DNA of 54,025 nucleotides, taken from NCBI GenBank assembly GCA_964439215.1, contig CAYTNY010000003.1:1-54025 (forward strand). Direction: 5' to 3'. Shown piece after piece: positions 21,388-31,418 of this stretch. The position numbers and the translations under genes are program-made. Every line of letters begins with the position of its first letter. Positions within the stretch are counted from its first letter, which is position 1. The notes under the pieces are model-generated. The model made no database searches. It was not told the DNA's origin and saw nothing but the letters and a program-made list of their open reading frames with translations. The stretch comes from an uncultured Spirochaetia bacterium (GTDB taxonomy: Bacteria; Oederibacteriota; PGYV01; CAYTNY01).

Positions 21388-22476
21388 TTAAGCTTTTGAC
21401 AGCTCTTTTTCCGCCTCGGCGGTCAACTCATCTATAAGTTCCTTTACCGTTACTATTTTATTTACTTTATCAACATTGGATCCGGCAAAGGCAAAACCTT
21501 CATTAAGATCACCCATAGCGGCGTTTGTAAGCGCATCCGCGATGCAATAAGGGGATTCTTTGGGTTTGCATGTTTTCAGGCATAGATAATTGCATTTAAA
21601 ATCAACTTCACCTTTTGCGGCTCTTTTTAGAAAATCATTTTTAATGGCTCTTCCGGGCATACCTACAGGGCTTTTTATAATAATTATATCATCGGCTTTT
21701 GCTTTAATATAAGCCTGTTTAAAAGCATCGTCGGCATCACATTCTTCTGTTGCGACAAAACGCGTGCCGAGCTGGACCCCTGATGCTCCGAGTTTTATGA
21801 ACTTTGCTATATCTTTTCCGTCAAAAATACCGCCTGCGGCTATTACGGGTATTTTTACTCCGGTTTCTTTTTCGTATTTATCCGCAACTTTTAAAACATC
21901 GCCGAGAAGATCTTCAAGTTTTGGCGCCGCTGCATCCGATTTTAAATCATCATAACTGAAACCTATATGTCCGCCCGCTAGCGGCCCCTCAATAACTATT
22001 GCGTCGGGAATGCGGTTATATTTTCTTATCCATGTTTTTGTTATAAGTTCAGCAACCCGCCCTGAAGATACAATAGGAGCTATTTTTGTGTCATAACCTT
22101 TTACAAGCGACGGAAGATTCATGGGAAGGCCCGCGCCTGAAAAAATAATATCAGCGCCGTTTTCACATGATGTATGCACAAAAGCGGCATAACTGCTTAA
22201 GGCAACCAGAATATTAACGGCTATTATGCCTTTTGTCATTGATTTTGCCATTTTTAAATGTGAGGCAAGCTCTGTGACATCCGCCGCCATATGAGCTTCT
22301 ATGTTTTTTCTGTCTTTTATTCTGTCGCTTTTTATTGCAGCGGATATTGTTCCTACTGCTCCGCAGTTTGCGACCGCAGAGGAAAGTTTTTCCATGGATA
22401 TTTTAATACCCATTCCGCCCTGTACTATAGGCGGATAAATATTTAAATTTCCAATTTTTAGTTCCGGTAATTTCAT
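21388..22476 (-). CDS. Nitronate monooxygenase/FabK-FabX-like flavoprotein with Cys cluster
   Basis: PIVQGGMG, SGAGLP, EGPLAGGHIG, AAGGI, VQLGTRF, SPVGMPGRA, CNYLCLKTC..YC. Confidence 0.88.
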   Translation of the reverse strand: MKLPELKIGNLNIYPPIVQGGMGIKISMEKLSSAVANCGAVGTISAAIKSDRIKDRKNIEAHMAADVTELASHLKMAKSMTKGIIAVNILVALSSYAAFVHTSCENGADIIFSGAGLPMNLPSLVKGYDTKIAPIVSSGRVAELITKTWIRKYNRIPDAIVIEGPLAGGHIGFSYDDLKSDAAAPKLEDLLGDVLKVADKYEKETGVKIPVIAAGGIFDGKDIAKFIKLGASGVQLGTRFVATEECDADDAFKQAYIKAKADDIIIIKSPVGMPGRAIKNDFLKRAAKGEVDFKCNYLCLKTCKPKESPYCIADALTNAAMGDLNEGFAFAGSNVDKVNKIVTVKELIDELTAEAEKELSKA

Positions 22477-22576
22477 TCTACACGTCCTCTCATTTTAATT
22501 TATCAGTTATAATTATAACATGTTATTTTCATATATGCCAAAAAATATATAAAAAAAATCATGAAAAAAGGCTGAT

Positions 22577-23383
22577 TCAGAAAACTTTAAATCTTTTTAC
22601 TTTTTCAACCAAAAGGTCCCAGTGGTTTTTGAAGGTCCAATAATTGCCGCCATAAAAAGTTTTATGTTCTTTTATTGCCCGGCGGAAATCTTCTTCGGTT
22701 TTACCCGGGAAAAGCGTATAAGCATCGCCGATACCTTCTTTGGAATGTGAATCAGACCCGCCTGTTACAGACAGTTTCCACAGCTGTTTGTTTACTGATT
22801 GTGCTTTTGAGTCGGTTATTTTGCCTGCTATAGCCGGATTTATCAGTTCAACTGCGTCAAAATAAACATCAGGATCTTTATGGCTCATTATTGATTTAAA
22901 AGCCTGCTGCCCGACTGAAGTTGTAAGCCAGGAAAGAGGATGCGGAACAATTGCAATGCCGCCCTGCGCGTGTATCTCTTTAAGGGTATCAGCAAGGCCC
23001 GTATATCTTTTTATTCTTTTTTTCATAAAAAGCCCTATAAGATGCCCTTTTAATGTTGAAACTTCTTCGCCTATTATAACTTTTATTCTGCAGCCGCTGT
23101 CTTCGGCGTATTTTTTGGCTCTGGCCGCGCCTTTTATCTGATCGTGGTCCGTGATTGCTATCAGATCAAGATCTGTTTCTTTTTCTACATAATCAATAAT
23201 ATCCTCCGGTTTATCTATGGCATCACCGATGGATGTATGTATATGATAATCTATTTTTCCGTAACCATGCAGTGTATTCTGAGGTATAAATTCCATATAT
23301 TCATTTACGACGTGCCCTGCGGGAGGCGGCTGTGTGAAACGGCCTCTTTTTTTATTTTTCTGTACAGTTGTATTTTCAGTCAT
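22577..23383 (-). CDS. PHP-domain metal-dependent phosphoesterase
   Basis: DYHIHT, ITDHD, GEEVST..GHL, PHP, GGSDSH. Confidence 0.9.
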   Translation of the reverse strand: MTENTTVQKNKKRGRFTQPPPAGHVVNEYMEFIPQNTLHGYGKIDYHIHTSIGDAIDKPEDIIDYVEKETDLDLIAITDHDQIKGAARAKKYAEDSGCRIKVIIGEEVSTLKGHLIGLFMKKRIKRYTGLADTLKEIHAQGGIAIVPHPLSWLTTSVGQQAFKSIMSHKDPDVYFDAVELINPAIAGKITDSKAQSVNKQLWKLSVTGGSDSHSKEGIGDAYTLFPGKTEEDFRRAIKEHKTFYGGNYWTFKNHWDLLVEKVKRFKVF

Positions 23384-23437
23384 AATAAACTCCGGTTTAT
23401 TTTTGAATAAAAAAGGAACAAAGATGTTCTTGAAAAA

Positions 23438-24337
23438 TTATTTTTTCCAGAAATCCCTGAACATATACCATTGCTCGGGAAATTTCATAATAAGTTTTTC
23501 CGATTCATTCAGTATTTTTTGCGTTAAAATCTGTATATCATAATTATAGTTCCCTGATGGTTTAAAGTCAATTATTTTCCCCGGATTGCCGTAGAATTTA
23601 TTTTTGTCTCTTACGGCGCATCCGAGCATTACTTCGGCTCCGGTTTTCAGAACAATTGCGGCTGCAGTGCCTGCAACAAAAGTTTTTTTGCCGAAAAACT
23701 CCGCTTCAACGCCTCTTTTATCGGCGCGGGAAACCGGTCTGTCCACAAGAATATTTAAAATCCCGTTTGTATTAAGACAGCGGTATGCGTCTTTCAGGTT
23801 TTTGTTTGGAAGAATGACTTTTATGCCGTATTTTCCGCGTGTTTCCTGTATAAATCTTGAATATCCGCCGCCCAGATCATCTGCAATGGCGCATACATTA
23901 TCATAATGGCCGGATATGGCCAGACCCGCAATGTCCCAGTTGGAAAAATGCAGCGTGCACATAACAAGGCCTTTGCCTTTTGAAAGAGCGGTGTTGATAG
24001 TTTCTTTATTCCGCATTTCAGGAACCATTCCTTTTTTTACCATTTTATTCAGATAAAGAAATTCCGCGTTAAACATACCATAATTTTTAAAATTCTGTTT
24101 CATGACGTTTTTTATTTCTTCGGGGCGTGCGGGTCTTCCGAATTTTTTTGAGAGAATTATATTGTAGTTTTTATATACATTATCCCTTTTTTCTTTCCAC
24201 AGCATAAAAACAATTGATGTTGCGGCTGCGCCGGCCCAATAAAGAAATTTAAGAGGGATAAGCGTTATAAGAAAAACCAAAACTTTCAGCAGATAATACA
24301 TTATTTTTTCACTGATCTGCGGTTGTTTTTTTTCCAT
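23438..24337 (-). CDS. LPLAT acyltransferase, second PatA/LpxL-like copy
   Basis: HFSNWD, LVDR, EFFGK, PEQWYMF..W. Confidence 0.85.
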   Translation of the reverse strand: MEKKQPQISEKIMYYLLKVLVFLITLIPLKFLYWAGAAATSIVFMLWKEKRDNVYKNYNIILSKKFGRPARPEEIKNVMKQNFKNYGMFNAEFLYLNKMVKKGMVPEMRNKETINTALSKGKGLVMCTLHFSNWDIAGLAISGHYDNVCAIADDLGGGYSRFIQETRGKYGIKVILPNKNLKDAYRCLNTNGILNILVDRPVSRADKRGVEAEFFGKKTFVAGTAAAIVLKTGAEVMLGCAVRDKNKFYGNPGKIIDFKPSGNYNYDIQILTQKILNESEKLIMKFPEQWYMFRDFWKK

Positions 24338-25464
24338 ATTTCATGGTAAAACGCTATGTTTTTTTTAGCTATATTTTCCCATGAAAGTCTTTTGGCTTTT
24401 CTTCTTCCGTTTGTTCCCAGTTCCCGCATTATTTCCGGATGCCTTAAAAGAAGTTCAAACATTTCATAAAGATCGTGTACATCACGCGGTTTTGCGAGAA
24501 GTCCGTCCTCAAGATTTGCCACAACATCATTGTAACCGTTTATATTAAAGGCAATTACAGGAAGTCTGGCGGACATGGCTTCTAAAAGCACTATGCCGAA
24601 TGACTCTCCGAAAAGAGCGGTGGAGCTGTATATATGGGATGTTCTGTAATAACACGGCAGGGCGTTTGTTGATACAAAACCCTCAAAATGAATATCCGGA
24701 ATATTGTGTGCTTTACAGTACTGCATAAGTTTTTTGCCGAGTGGGCCCTTGCCTACAATTATCAGGCGTATATTGTTATAATTTTCCCTAAGCTGTTTAA
24801 ATGCTTTTATAAGATATATAAGGCCTTTTCGCTTTTCTATTCTGCCCGTAAAAAGTATATTTATTTTACCATCGTTGTATTTTTCTATTTTCGGGCCCTT
24901 TGAGCAGAAACGGTTTATATCAACGCCGTTCGGTATTATTTCTATGTCAGGGCCGTGAAAATATTTTGTTATGGAGCTTTTTGCGGAAGGGGAAACCGCT
25001 ATTTTACCGTGAAGTTTTCCCCAAAGCGGAGCAATAAAGCCGGAAGAACATTTGTACCAGAGATTGGAGTCGAAATTCGCGTGAAAAGTGGCGATATTAA
25101 CAGAGTCAGAATATTTTATTATATCGTGTGATAAAAAAGGCACAAAAGGCTCCTGCATATGTATTATATCAAATTTATGCTTGGCAAGGGCCTGCTTAAC
25201 TTTTTCACCGCGGCGTATAAGTATTATTCTTCCTGTTGAGCCGTTTACTTTGAAAGGCACTCCGTGTCCAAGCCGGATGACATCTTTTTCATCGCGCGAG
25301 GTTTTGGCTTTGCCGTTTGTGAAACCTCCGGTAATTACTTTTACAAGATAGCCCATATTTTTATATTCTTTTTTCAGATGATAGACATATTCCTGCACAC
25401 CTCCGTAAAGCGGATAGTAGTAAGGTGTTACTATAGCGATTTTATGAAAGGTTTTTTTTCTCAT
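24301..25464 (-). CDS. GT4 glycosyltransferase, PimA-like phosphatidylinositol alpha-mannosyltransferase
   Basis: GGVQEYV, VPFKVNGSTGRI, HMQEPFVP, ATFH, GRIEKRKG, GESFGIVLLEAM parallel PimA motifs (GGVQSHV, PYNGSVAR, HEP, GESFGIVLVEAM). Confidence 0.8.
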   Translation of the reverse strand: MRKKTFHKIAIVTPYYYPLYGGVQEYVYHLKKEYKNMGYLVKVITGGFTNGKAKTSRDEKDVIRLGHGVPFKVNGSTGRIILIRRGEKVKQALAKHKFDIIHMQEPFVPFLSHDIIKYSDSVNIATFHANFDSNLWYKCSSGFIAPLWGKLHGKIAVSPSAKSSITKYFHGPDIEIIPNGVDINRFCSKGPKIEKYNDGKINILFTGRIEKRKGLIYLIKAFKQLRENYNNIRLIIVGKGPLGKKLMQYCKAHNIPDIHFEGFVSTNALPCYYRTSHIYSSTALFGESFGIVLLEAMSARLPVIAFNINGYNDVVANLEDGLLAKPRDVHDLYEMFELLLRHPEIMRELGTNGRRKAKRLSWENIAKKNIAFYHEIWKKNNRRSVKK

Positions 25465-26341
25465 AACTGCCTCTTTCCGTATTTTTATTTTTTTCCGCAA
25501 CCCATATATTCTGAAGCATACACCATTGTTCCGGATGCATTTTCAGCAGTTTCTCCATTTCATAAATCATCTGCCGCGTAAGTTTCAATGTATTTTCCTC
25601 ATTCTTTGCGTGTTTGTCAACATTTAACATTTTTTCCGCAAAAACCGGTTTATACTGCAGATGATTTTCAGATGCCCGGAACATACTTCCTATTATTATT
25701 AAGGAATTTGTCATTAATGCAAGTTTAGCCGGACCTGAGGGGATATAGGCTTTTTTACCGAAAAAATCCATTTTATATCCGTTTTTTTCAAGGTCGCGGT
25801 CAGCAGCAAGTACAAGCAGCTCTCCGTTGTTTAATACTTTTATCATTTTTTTTATGTCAGTAGAGCGTATAATATTAACGCCCCATTCATTTCTTGTTTC
25901 CGTGAACCATCGGAAAAAAGAGGGAGAAAGTTCTTCGACCACCACATTTATTTTTCCCGGAAAATATGAAGACAAAAAAGGCCCGCCGGCGTCCCAGTTG
26001 CCGGCGTGCATTGATATAATTATGACACCTTGTTTTGCGTTTAGGCGCGAGGTTATTTCCGGCTTATAGGAGGCAAATCCGGATCCATCAATATTTTTAA
26101 GAATGGTTTCTTTTTTCTGAAAAAGATCAAAATAGTACCGTGCGTAATTTTTATATACGGTTTTCAGCAAAGAAGCAGAGGGAGCGGTGTTTTTTAAAAC
26201 ATATGCAAGATTTCTGCGTAGAATATGTTTTTTTTTTGAGAAGCGATATAAAAAAAGCGCTGCTGTTTCAAAAAGGAAATATCCCGCTTTACGCGGGATA
26301 TTTCCCAGTATAATTTTTGAAAATTTCAGAAAACCATACAT
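25442..26341 (-). CDS. PatA-like PIM acyltransferase (LPLAT)
   Basis: YARYYFDLF, HAGNWDAGG, ADRDL..G..MDFFG...IPSGPAKLA, PEQWCMLQNIW, all PatA-like. Confidence 0.8.
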   Translation of the reverse strand: MYGFLKFSKIILGNIPRKAGYFLFETAALFLYRFSKKKHILRRNLAYVLKNTAPSASLLKTVYKNYARYYFDLFQKKETILKNIDGSGFASYKPEITSRLNAKQGVIIISMHAGNWDAGGPFLSSYFPGKINVVVEELSPSFFRWFTETRNEWGVNIIRSTDIKKMIKVLNNGELLVLAADRDLEKNGYKMDFFGKKAYIPSGPAKLALMTNSLIIIGSMFRASENHLQYKPVFAEKMLNVDKHAKNEENTLKLTRQMIYEMEKLLKMHPEQWCMLQNIWVAEKNKNTERGSYEKKNLS

Positions 26342-27448
26342 TTATTTTTTCTTTTTTGTTGTTTTCTTTTTTGTTTTTTTAAGCCCCACGAATTTTTCAA
26401 CCATTGATTTGGCTACTGAGTCCCTGAATTGTTTAGGAGGGGTTTTCATAAAATAAGCGGCCGGCCCTTCAAGAATACCGCCGATTTTTCTGTCTTTTGC
26501 TACTTTTGCGCATCTTAAAGCGTCTATTATGACACCCGCGCTGTTCGGGGAGTCCCATACTTCAAGTTTTAGTTCCAGATTCAGAGGAACTTCGCCGAAG
26601 TTTTCGCTTTCTATTCTTATATGGCACCATTTTCTGTCAAGAAGCCAGGGAATATGGTCCGATGGACCCACGTGAACATCCGCTTTATCGTCTATTTCGT
26701 TCTGCATCTGAGAAAGAACCGCATTTGTTTTTGATATTTTCTTGCTGTGCAGTCTTTCTCTTTCAAGCATATTTTTGAAATCCATATTGCCGCCGAAATT
26801 CAACTGATAAGTTTTAAGGATCCTGCAGCCTCTGTCTCCGAATAACTCGGTAAGAACCCTGTGTACGATGGTTGCGCCGACCTGCGATTTTATATCGTCA
26901 CCAATAATCGGAACACCTGCTTTCTTGAATTTTGCCGCCCATTCCTTATTTGAAGCGATAAAAACGGGTATTGCGTTTACAAAGGCGACTTTGGCATCAA
27001 GACATGCCTGTGCGTAATATTTTGTTGCTTCTTCCGAGCCCACGGGCAGATAACTTATAAGAACATCTGCTTTTGATTTCTTAAGTTCTTCCGCAACGTT
27101 TACCGGTATTTGTTTTGATTCAGTAATGACTTCGCTGTAATATTTGCCTATACCGTCCAGCGTAGGGCCGCGTTTTACGGTGATTCCTGTTTTTGTAAGT
27201 TTGGCAAATTCAATGGTGTTGTTGGGATAGCTTTCAAGCGCGTTTTTTGCGTCTTTTCCCACTTTGTTTTTGTCAACATCAAAAGCAGCCACAAGCTCTA
27301 TGTCTTTGATCCTGTAGCCTCCCAGATTTGCGGTCATAAGACCCGGTACAAAAGCACTGTCATTTACGTTTTTGTAAAACTCAAGCCCCTGCATAAGCGA
27401 CCATGCGCAGTTTCCCATACCTGCAATTGCGATTTTTACTTTTCCCAT
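26342..27448 (-). CDS. ino1: Myo-inositol-1(3)-phosphate synthase
   Basis: [53 protein letters not shown]. Confidence 0.96.
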   Translation of the reverse strand: MGKVKIAIAGMGNCAWSLMQGLEFYKNVNDSAFVPGLMTANLGGYRIKDIELVAAFDVDKNKVGKDAKNALESYPNNTIEFAKLTKTGITVKRGPTLDGIGKYYSEVITESKQIPVNVAEELKKSKADVLISYLPVGSEEATKYYAQACLDAKVAFVNAIPVFIASNKEWAAKFKKAGVPIIGDDIKSQVGATIVHRVLTELFGDRGCRILKTYQLNFGGNMDFKNMLERERLHSKKISKTNAVLSQMQNEIDDKADVHVGPSDHIPWLLDRKWCHIRIESENFGEVPLNLELKLEVWDSPNSAGVIIDALRCAKVAKDRKIGGILEGPAAYFMKTPPKQFRDSVAKSMVEKFVGLKKTKKKTTKKKK

Positions 27449-27480
27449 CTGAAATTTCCTCCTTGAAAACTATGAATTAT

Positions 27481-28071
27481 TTATGATTTTGCCTGTTCGT
27501 TGACAAGCATAAACCGCTGAATAACAGTTATTATTGAAAGAACAGCAATTATCCACAAGGCAATAATTACATAATTCAGTACAAGCCCCGCTATAATGAC
27601 GGTCATACGTTCAAACCGCGTAAAAATACCGGCGGCACAGTCTATTTTCAGCCCTCCTGCTCTTGCTCTGATGTAACTTACAAGAAAAGAAGAGAACATC
27701 ACTGTATAGCAGAGTATGGTTCCGGTGATGTTTCCGGAATCAGCGTAATAAACAAGAAGTGCAAGATATAAGACTCCTTCTGAAAGACGATCGGTTACAG
27801 AGTCCAGAAAACCGCCGAATTTTGTTTTTTTGTTCATTTGACGGGCCAGAGCACCGTCAAGAAGGTCAAAAAGACTGCCGAAAAGAATTATGAATCCGCC
27901 TGTTAAGAATTCCCCGCTGAATATAAAAAAAGCGCCTGCGGCATTGATGAAAAAGCCCGTCCATGTAATAAAATTAGGCGTTATTCCTGTTTTGTTTAAA
28001 ACAATAATAACAGGCGACAGCGCTTTTTCACTCGCAATTTTAAGAAAATCCCTTATTTTTTTTACAATCAT
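27481..28071 (-). CDS. CDP-alcohol phosphatidyltransferase, PIP-synthase (actinobacterial PgsA/AIP synthase) type
   Basis: TPNFIT, DLLDGALAR..GGFLDSVTDR, VSYIRARA, TRFER; next to ino1; ATG 28071 preferred over the longer ORF. Confidence 0.88.
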   Translation of the reverse strand: MIVKKIRDFLKIASEKALSPVIIVLNKTGITPNFITWTGFFINAAGAFFIFSGEFLTGGFIILFGSLFDLLDGALARQMNKKTKFGGFLDSVTDRLSEGVLYLALLVYYADSGNITGTILCYTVMFSSFLVSYIRARAGGLKIDCAAGIFTRFERMTVIIAGLVLNYVIIALWIIAVLSIITVIQRFMLVNEQAKS

Positions 28072-28239
28072 AATTTTACAAACTCCGTACTTGATAAATG
28101 AATAGTCAATAGATGCATAAAACAAATTTTTTATACCATTTACAGCGGTAAATGTCAACGGGAAAGAATTTTTATGCTTGCTTTTTAAAAACAATGATTA
28201 TAAAGTGTTAACAGTAAAAAAAATGAAGCGGGGTAATAT

Positions 28240-29028
28240 ATGAAAATTGACAGAGCCGGTTATGCGGCTATAGCAGCAAGCAGTATTATATTTTTTCTGT
28301 TTATTATTTTTGTTATTGTGTCAGGCGGCCTTGAAACAACTGAACTGATATTCTGGGGGCTGTTTGCGGTTTTATGCATTGGTGAACTGGTTGTTGTTTT
28401 TCTTTTTAAACTTCCAAAAGACAATAAAATAAGGGACTGGGTCGAACCGGCGTTTGAAGCCATTCTTATCGCCATTGTTATAAGAACATTTATTCTTCAG
28501 GCTTTCAGAATACCCACTTCATCAATGGAAGACACACTTTTGATAGGGGATCATATTCTCGCAAATAAATTTATATACGGAACATATATACCGTGGGAAG
28601 ATACCACAAAAGCAAGATTTAAGGATCCTGAAAGAGGAGACGTTGTAATATTCCGGTATCCTGTAAATGAAAAACTTATGTTTATAAAAAGATGTGTGGG
28701 TCTGCCGGGGGAAGAAATTGAGATCAGGGATAAAAATGTTTATGTAAACGGTAAAAAACTTAAGGAACCGTATAAATATAAAAAAGATTCACTGAGGACC
28801 TTTTCCGCATATGAAAGCCCCAGGGATAATTTCGGGCCGGTGACCGTTCCGGAAGAGCATTTTTTTGTTATGGGAGACAACAGGGATTTTTCCGCGGATT
28901 CAAGATTCTGGGGTTTTCTGCACAGAAAACATCTGAGAGGAAAAGCATGGGTTGTTTACTGGCCTCCTACAAGATGGAAAATTATAAAACATTTTAAGTT
29001 TAACTCTGAACCGGTTCTTCAGCCTTGA
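28240..29028 (+). CDS. lepB: Signal peptidase I
   Basis: IPTSSMEDTL (Ser), IKRCVGLPG (Lys), GDNRDFSADSR. Confidence 0.96.
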   Translation: MKIDRAGYAAIAASSIIFFLFIIFVIVSGGLETTELIFWGLFAVLCIGELVVVFLFKLPKDNKIRDWVEPAFEAILIAIVIRTFILQAFRIPTSSMEDTLLIGDHILANKFIYGTYIPWEDTTKARFKDPERGDVVIFRYPVNEKLMFIKRCVGLPGEEIEIRDKNVYVNGKKLKEPYKYKKDSLRTFSAYESPRDNFGPVTVPEEHFFVMGDNRDFSADSRFWGFLHRKHLRGKAWVVYWPPTRWKIIKHFKFNSEPVLQP

Positions 29029-29029
29029 A

Positions 29030-30139
29030 ATGACAGGTCTTTATGTCCATATCCCGTACTGTATTAATAAATGCCCGTACTGTGATTTTGTGAGTTTTGA
29101 TGACAAGCCTTATTATATAGATGATTATCTCGGGGCTGTTGCGGATGAATTACGGTATTATTGCAATAATTTTGATATCGCTCCTGAAACCCTGTTTATC
29201 GGCGGCGGGACGCCAACGAGTTTAAATCCGGGCAGGCTTGATTTTCTTTTTGCGAATATTTTTTTTTATTCCGCCAAAAAGAATTTCAAAGAAATTACAA
29301 TAGAAGCAAATCCCGATACTCTTACATTTAAAAAAGCAAAGGTTCTTAAAGCAAATACAAACAGAGTGAGCCTGGGGGCTCAGAGTTTTGACGGTGAAAC
29401 ATTAAAAATACTCGGAAGGACCCATACACCCGAAAAAATCAAGGAAGCATTTTCGCTTTTAAAAGAAGCCGGGATTGAAAATATAAATATTGATATTATG
29501 TACGGGATACCGGGGCGTACACCAGAGGATGTTTTAAAAGATATAGAAAAAGCTTCTGAACTGCAGCCGGCCCATATATCTTTTTATATGTTTACATTAT
29601 ATGAGCATACGGAGTTTTACCGCCGCAATCCCGCGCTGCCGGATGATAAGACGGTTGAAAAAATGTATTTTGAAGGGGTGAAACTGCTGGAAAAAAAGGG
29701 ATATAGGCAGTATGAAATTTCAAATTTCGCTGTTCCCGGAAGCGAATGTCTGCATAATCTGAATTACTGGAACAGCGGCAGTTATATAGGGCTGGGTGTG
29801 TCGGCTTCTTCTTATTTTAACGGTGTGCGCCGCACAAATGTAAAAGATATTGATGAATATATAAAAAGAATAAAAGAAAACAAAGATCCGGCCGGATTTT
29901 CGGAAACACCGGATACTGAAACCATGGAAAAAGAGTATATAATGCTGAAACTGCGCACAACAGCCGGTATATTATATGAAAATTTCCGGGAAAGATTTGG
30001 TTTTGATTTTGAAGAAAAATATAGTAGTATAATAAAAAAATACGCCGGAACAGGGCATCTAATGGCGGATAAGAGCGGTGTTTGTATTTCAATGAAAGGG
30101 ATGCCCGTGTCCAACAGTATTATATCGGATTTTTTTTAA
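29030..30139 (+). CDS. hemW: Radical SAM heme chaperone HemW
   Basis: LYVHIPYCINKCPYCDF, GGGTP, YEISNF, HNLNYW. Confidence 0.92.
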   Translation: MTGLYVHIPYCINKCPYCDFVSFDDKPYYIDDYLGAVADELRYYCNNFDIAPETLFIGGGTPTSLNPGRLDFLFANIFFYSAKKNFKEITIEANPDTLTFKKAKVLKANTNRVSLGAQSFDGETLKILGRTHTPEKIKEAFSLLKEAGIENINIDIMYGIPGRTPEDVLKDIEKASELQPAHISFYMFTLYEHTEFYRRNPALPDDKTVEKMYFEGVKLLEKKGYRQYEISNFAVPGSECLHNLNYWNSGSYIGLGVSASSYFNGVRRTNVKDIDEYIKRIKENKDPAGFSETPDTETMEKEYIMLKLRTTAGILYENFRERFGFDFEEKYSSIIKKYAGTGHLMADKSGVCISMKGMPVSNSIISDFF

Positions 30140-30161
30140 ATAAGTTTTAACGGAGGCGCGT

Positions 30162-31418
30162 ATGAATATAAAAGAGTATGTTTATGATACAGGAAAAAAA
30201 GCAAAAGAAGCCTCGCATCTTATGGTGAAAACTTCATCCCTGAAAAAAAACAGGGCTCTGGAAGAGATTGCATCGGCTCTAGAAGCCGGACGCAGCGGGA
30301 TAATCAGTGAAAATAAAAAAGACATTGAAGCAGGGCGGAAAAAAGGTCTTTCAGATGCTTTTATTGACAGGCTCATCCTGAACAATGAGCGTATAGACGG
30401 GATGATAAAGGTCCTTTCGGATGTTAAAGGCCTGAAAGATCCTGTAGGAGAAATAACCGGAATGTCGGTTATTGAAAACGGCCTGAAAGTCGGAAAAATG
30501 AGAATGCCTCTTGGGGTTGTGGGGTTTATATTTGAATCAAGGCCGAATGTATGCATAGAAGCTTCGGCGCTTACGATAAAATCCTCAAATGCTGTAATTT
30601 TAAGAGGGGGTTCGGATGCCGTCAATTCAAACAGAATAATAATTGCCGCGGTAAAGGAAGGTATAAAAAAAGCAGGGATTCCCGAAAACGCGGTTCAGCT
30701 TATAGAAAATACAGACAGGGAAGCCGTGAACTGCCTGCTGAAAATGAAACAGTATGTTGATGTCATAATACCGCGCGGTGGGTATGACCTTATTAAAACC
30801 GTAGAGGAAAAAGCTGTGATACCTGTTATCAGGCACGATGCGGGAATATGTCACACCTATATACACAGGGATGCGGATGTAAAAATGGCGGTTGATATAG
30901 CATATAACGCAAAGACCCAGAGGCCGGGTGTCTGCAACGCAATGGAGACAATGCTTGTGCACAATGATATAGCTCAGAAATTTCTGCCTGCGGCAAAAGA
31001 AGCTTTTGACAGAGCCGGTGTAGAACTGCGCGGCTGTGAAAAAACACGGATGATATTAAATGATATAATTGAGGCCGGCGAAAAAGACTGGGAAACGGAA
31101 TATCTGGATCTCATACTTTCAATAAAGATTGTTGAATCGCTTGATGAAGCTGTGGAACATATAAACAGATACGGGTCGCATCATTCGGATGCTATAGTAA
31201 CGGAAAGTTATGAAGATGGAATGCGTTTTATAAACGAGGTTGATTCAGCGGCCTGCTATATAAACGCGTCAACCAGATTTACCGACGGAAATGTGTTCGG
31301 CCTGGGCGCGGAAATGGGCATTTCAAACCAGAAACTTCATGTAAGGGGCCCCATGGCGCTTGAAGGGCTGACTTCCGAAAAATATATAATACTGGGAAGC
31401 GGGCATATACGTGGATAA
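30162..31418 (+). CDS. proA: Gamma-glutamyl phosphate reductase
   Basis: FESRPNV, PRGG, CNAMET, NASTRFTDG, KLHVRGP. Confidence 0.97.
   Translation: MNIKEYVYDTGKKAKEASHLMVKTSSLKKNRALEEIASALEAGRSGIISENKKDIEAGRKKGLSDAFIDRLILNNERIDGMIKVLSDVKGLKDPVGEITGMSVIENGLKVGKMRMPLGVVGFIFESRPNVCIEASALTIKSSNAVILRGGSDAVNSNRIIIAAVKEGIKKAGIPENAVQLIENTDREAVNCLLKMKQYVDVIIPRGGYDLIKTVEEKAVIPVIRHDAGICHTYIHRDADVKMAVDIAYNAKTQRPGVCNAMETMLVHNDIAQKFLPAAKEAFDRAGVELRGCEKTRMILNDIIEAGEKDWETEYLDLILSIKIVESLDEAVEHINRYGSHHSDAIVTESYEDGMRFINEVDSAACYINASTRFTDGNVFGLGAEMGISNQKLHVRGPMALEGLTSEKYIILGSGHIRG

Noticed and set aside
27549-27557. Perfect DnaA box TTATCCACA
   Set aside because: Single copy inside a CDS; compatible with chance
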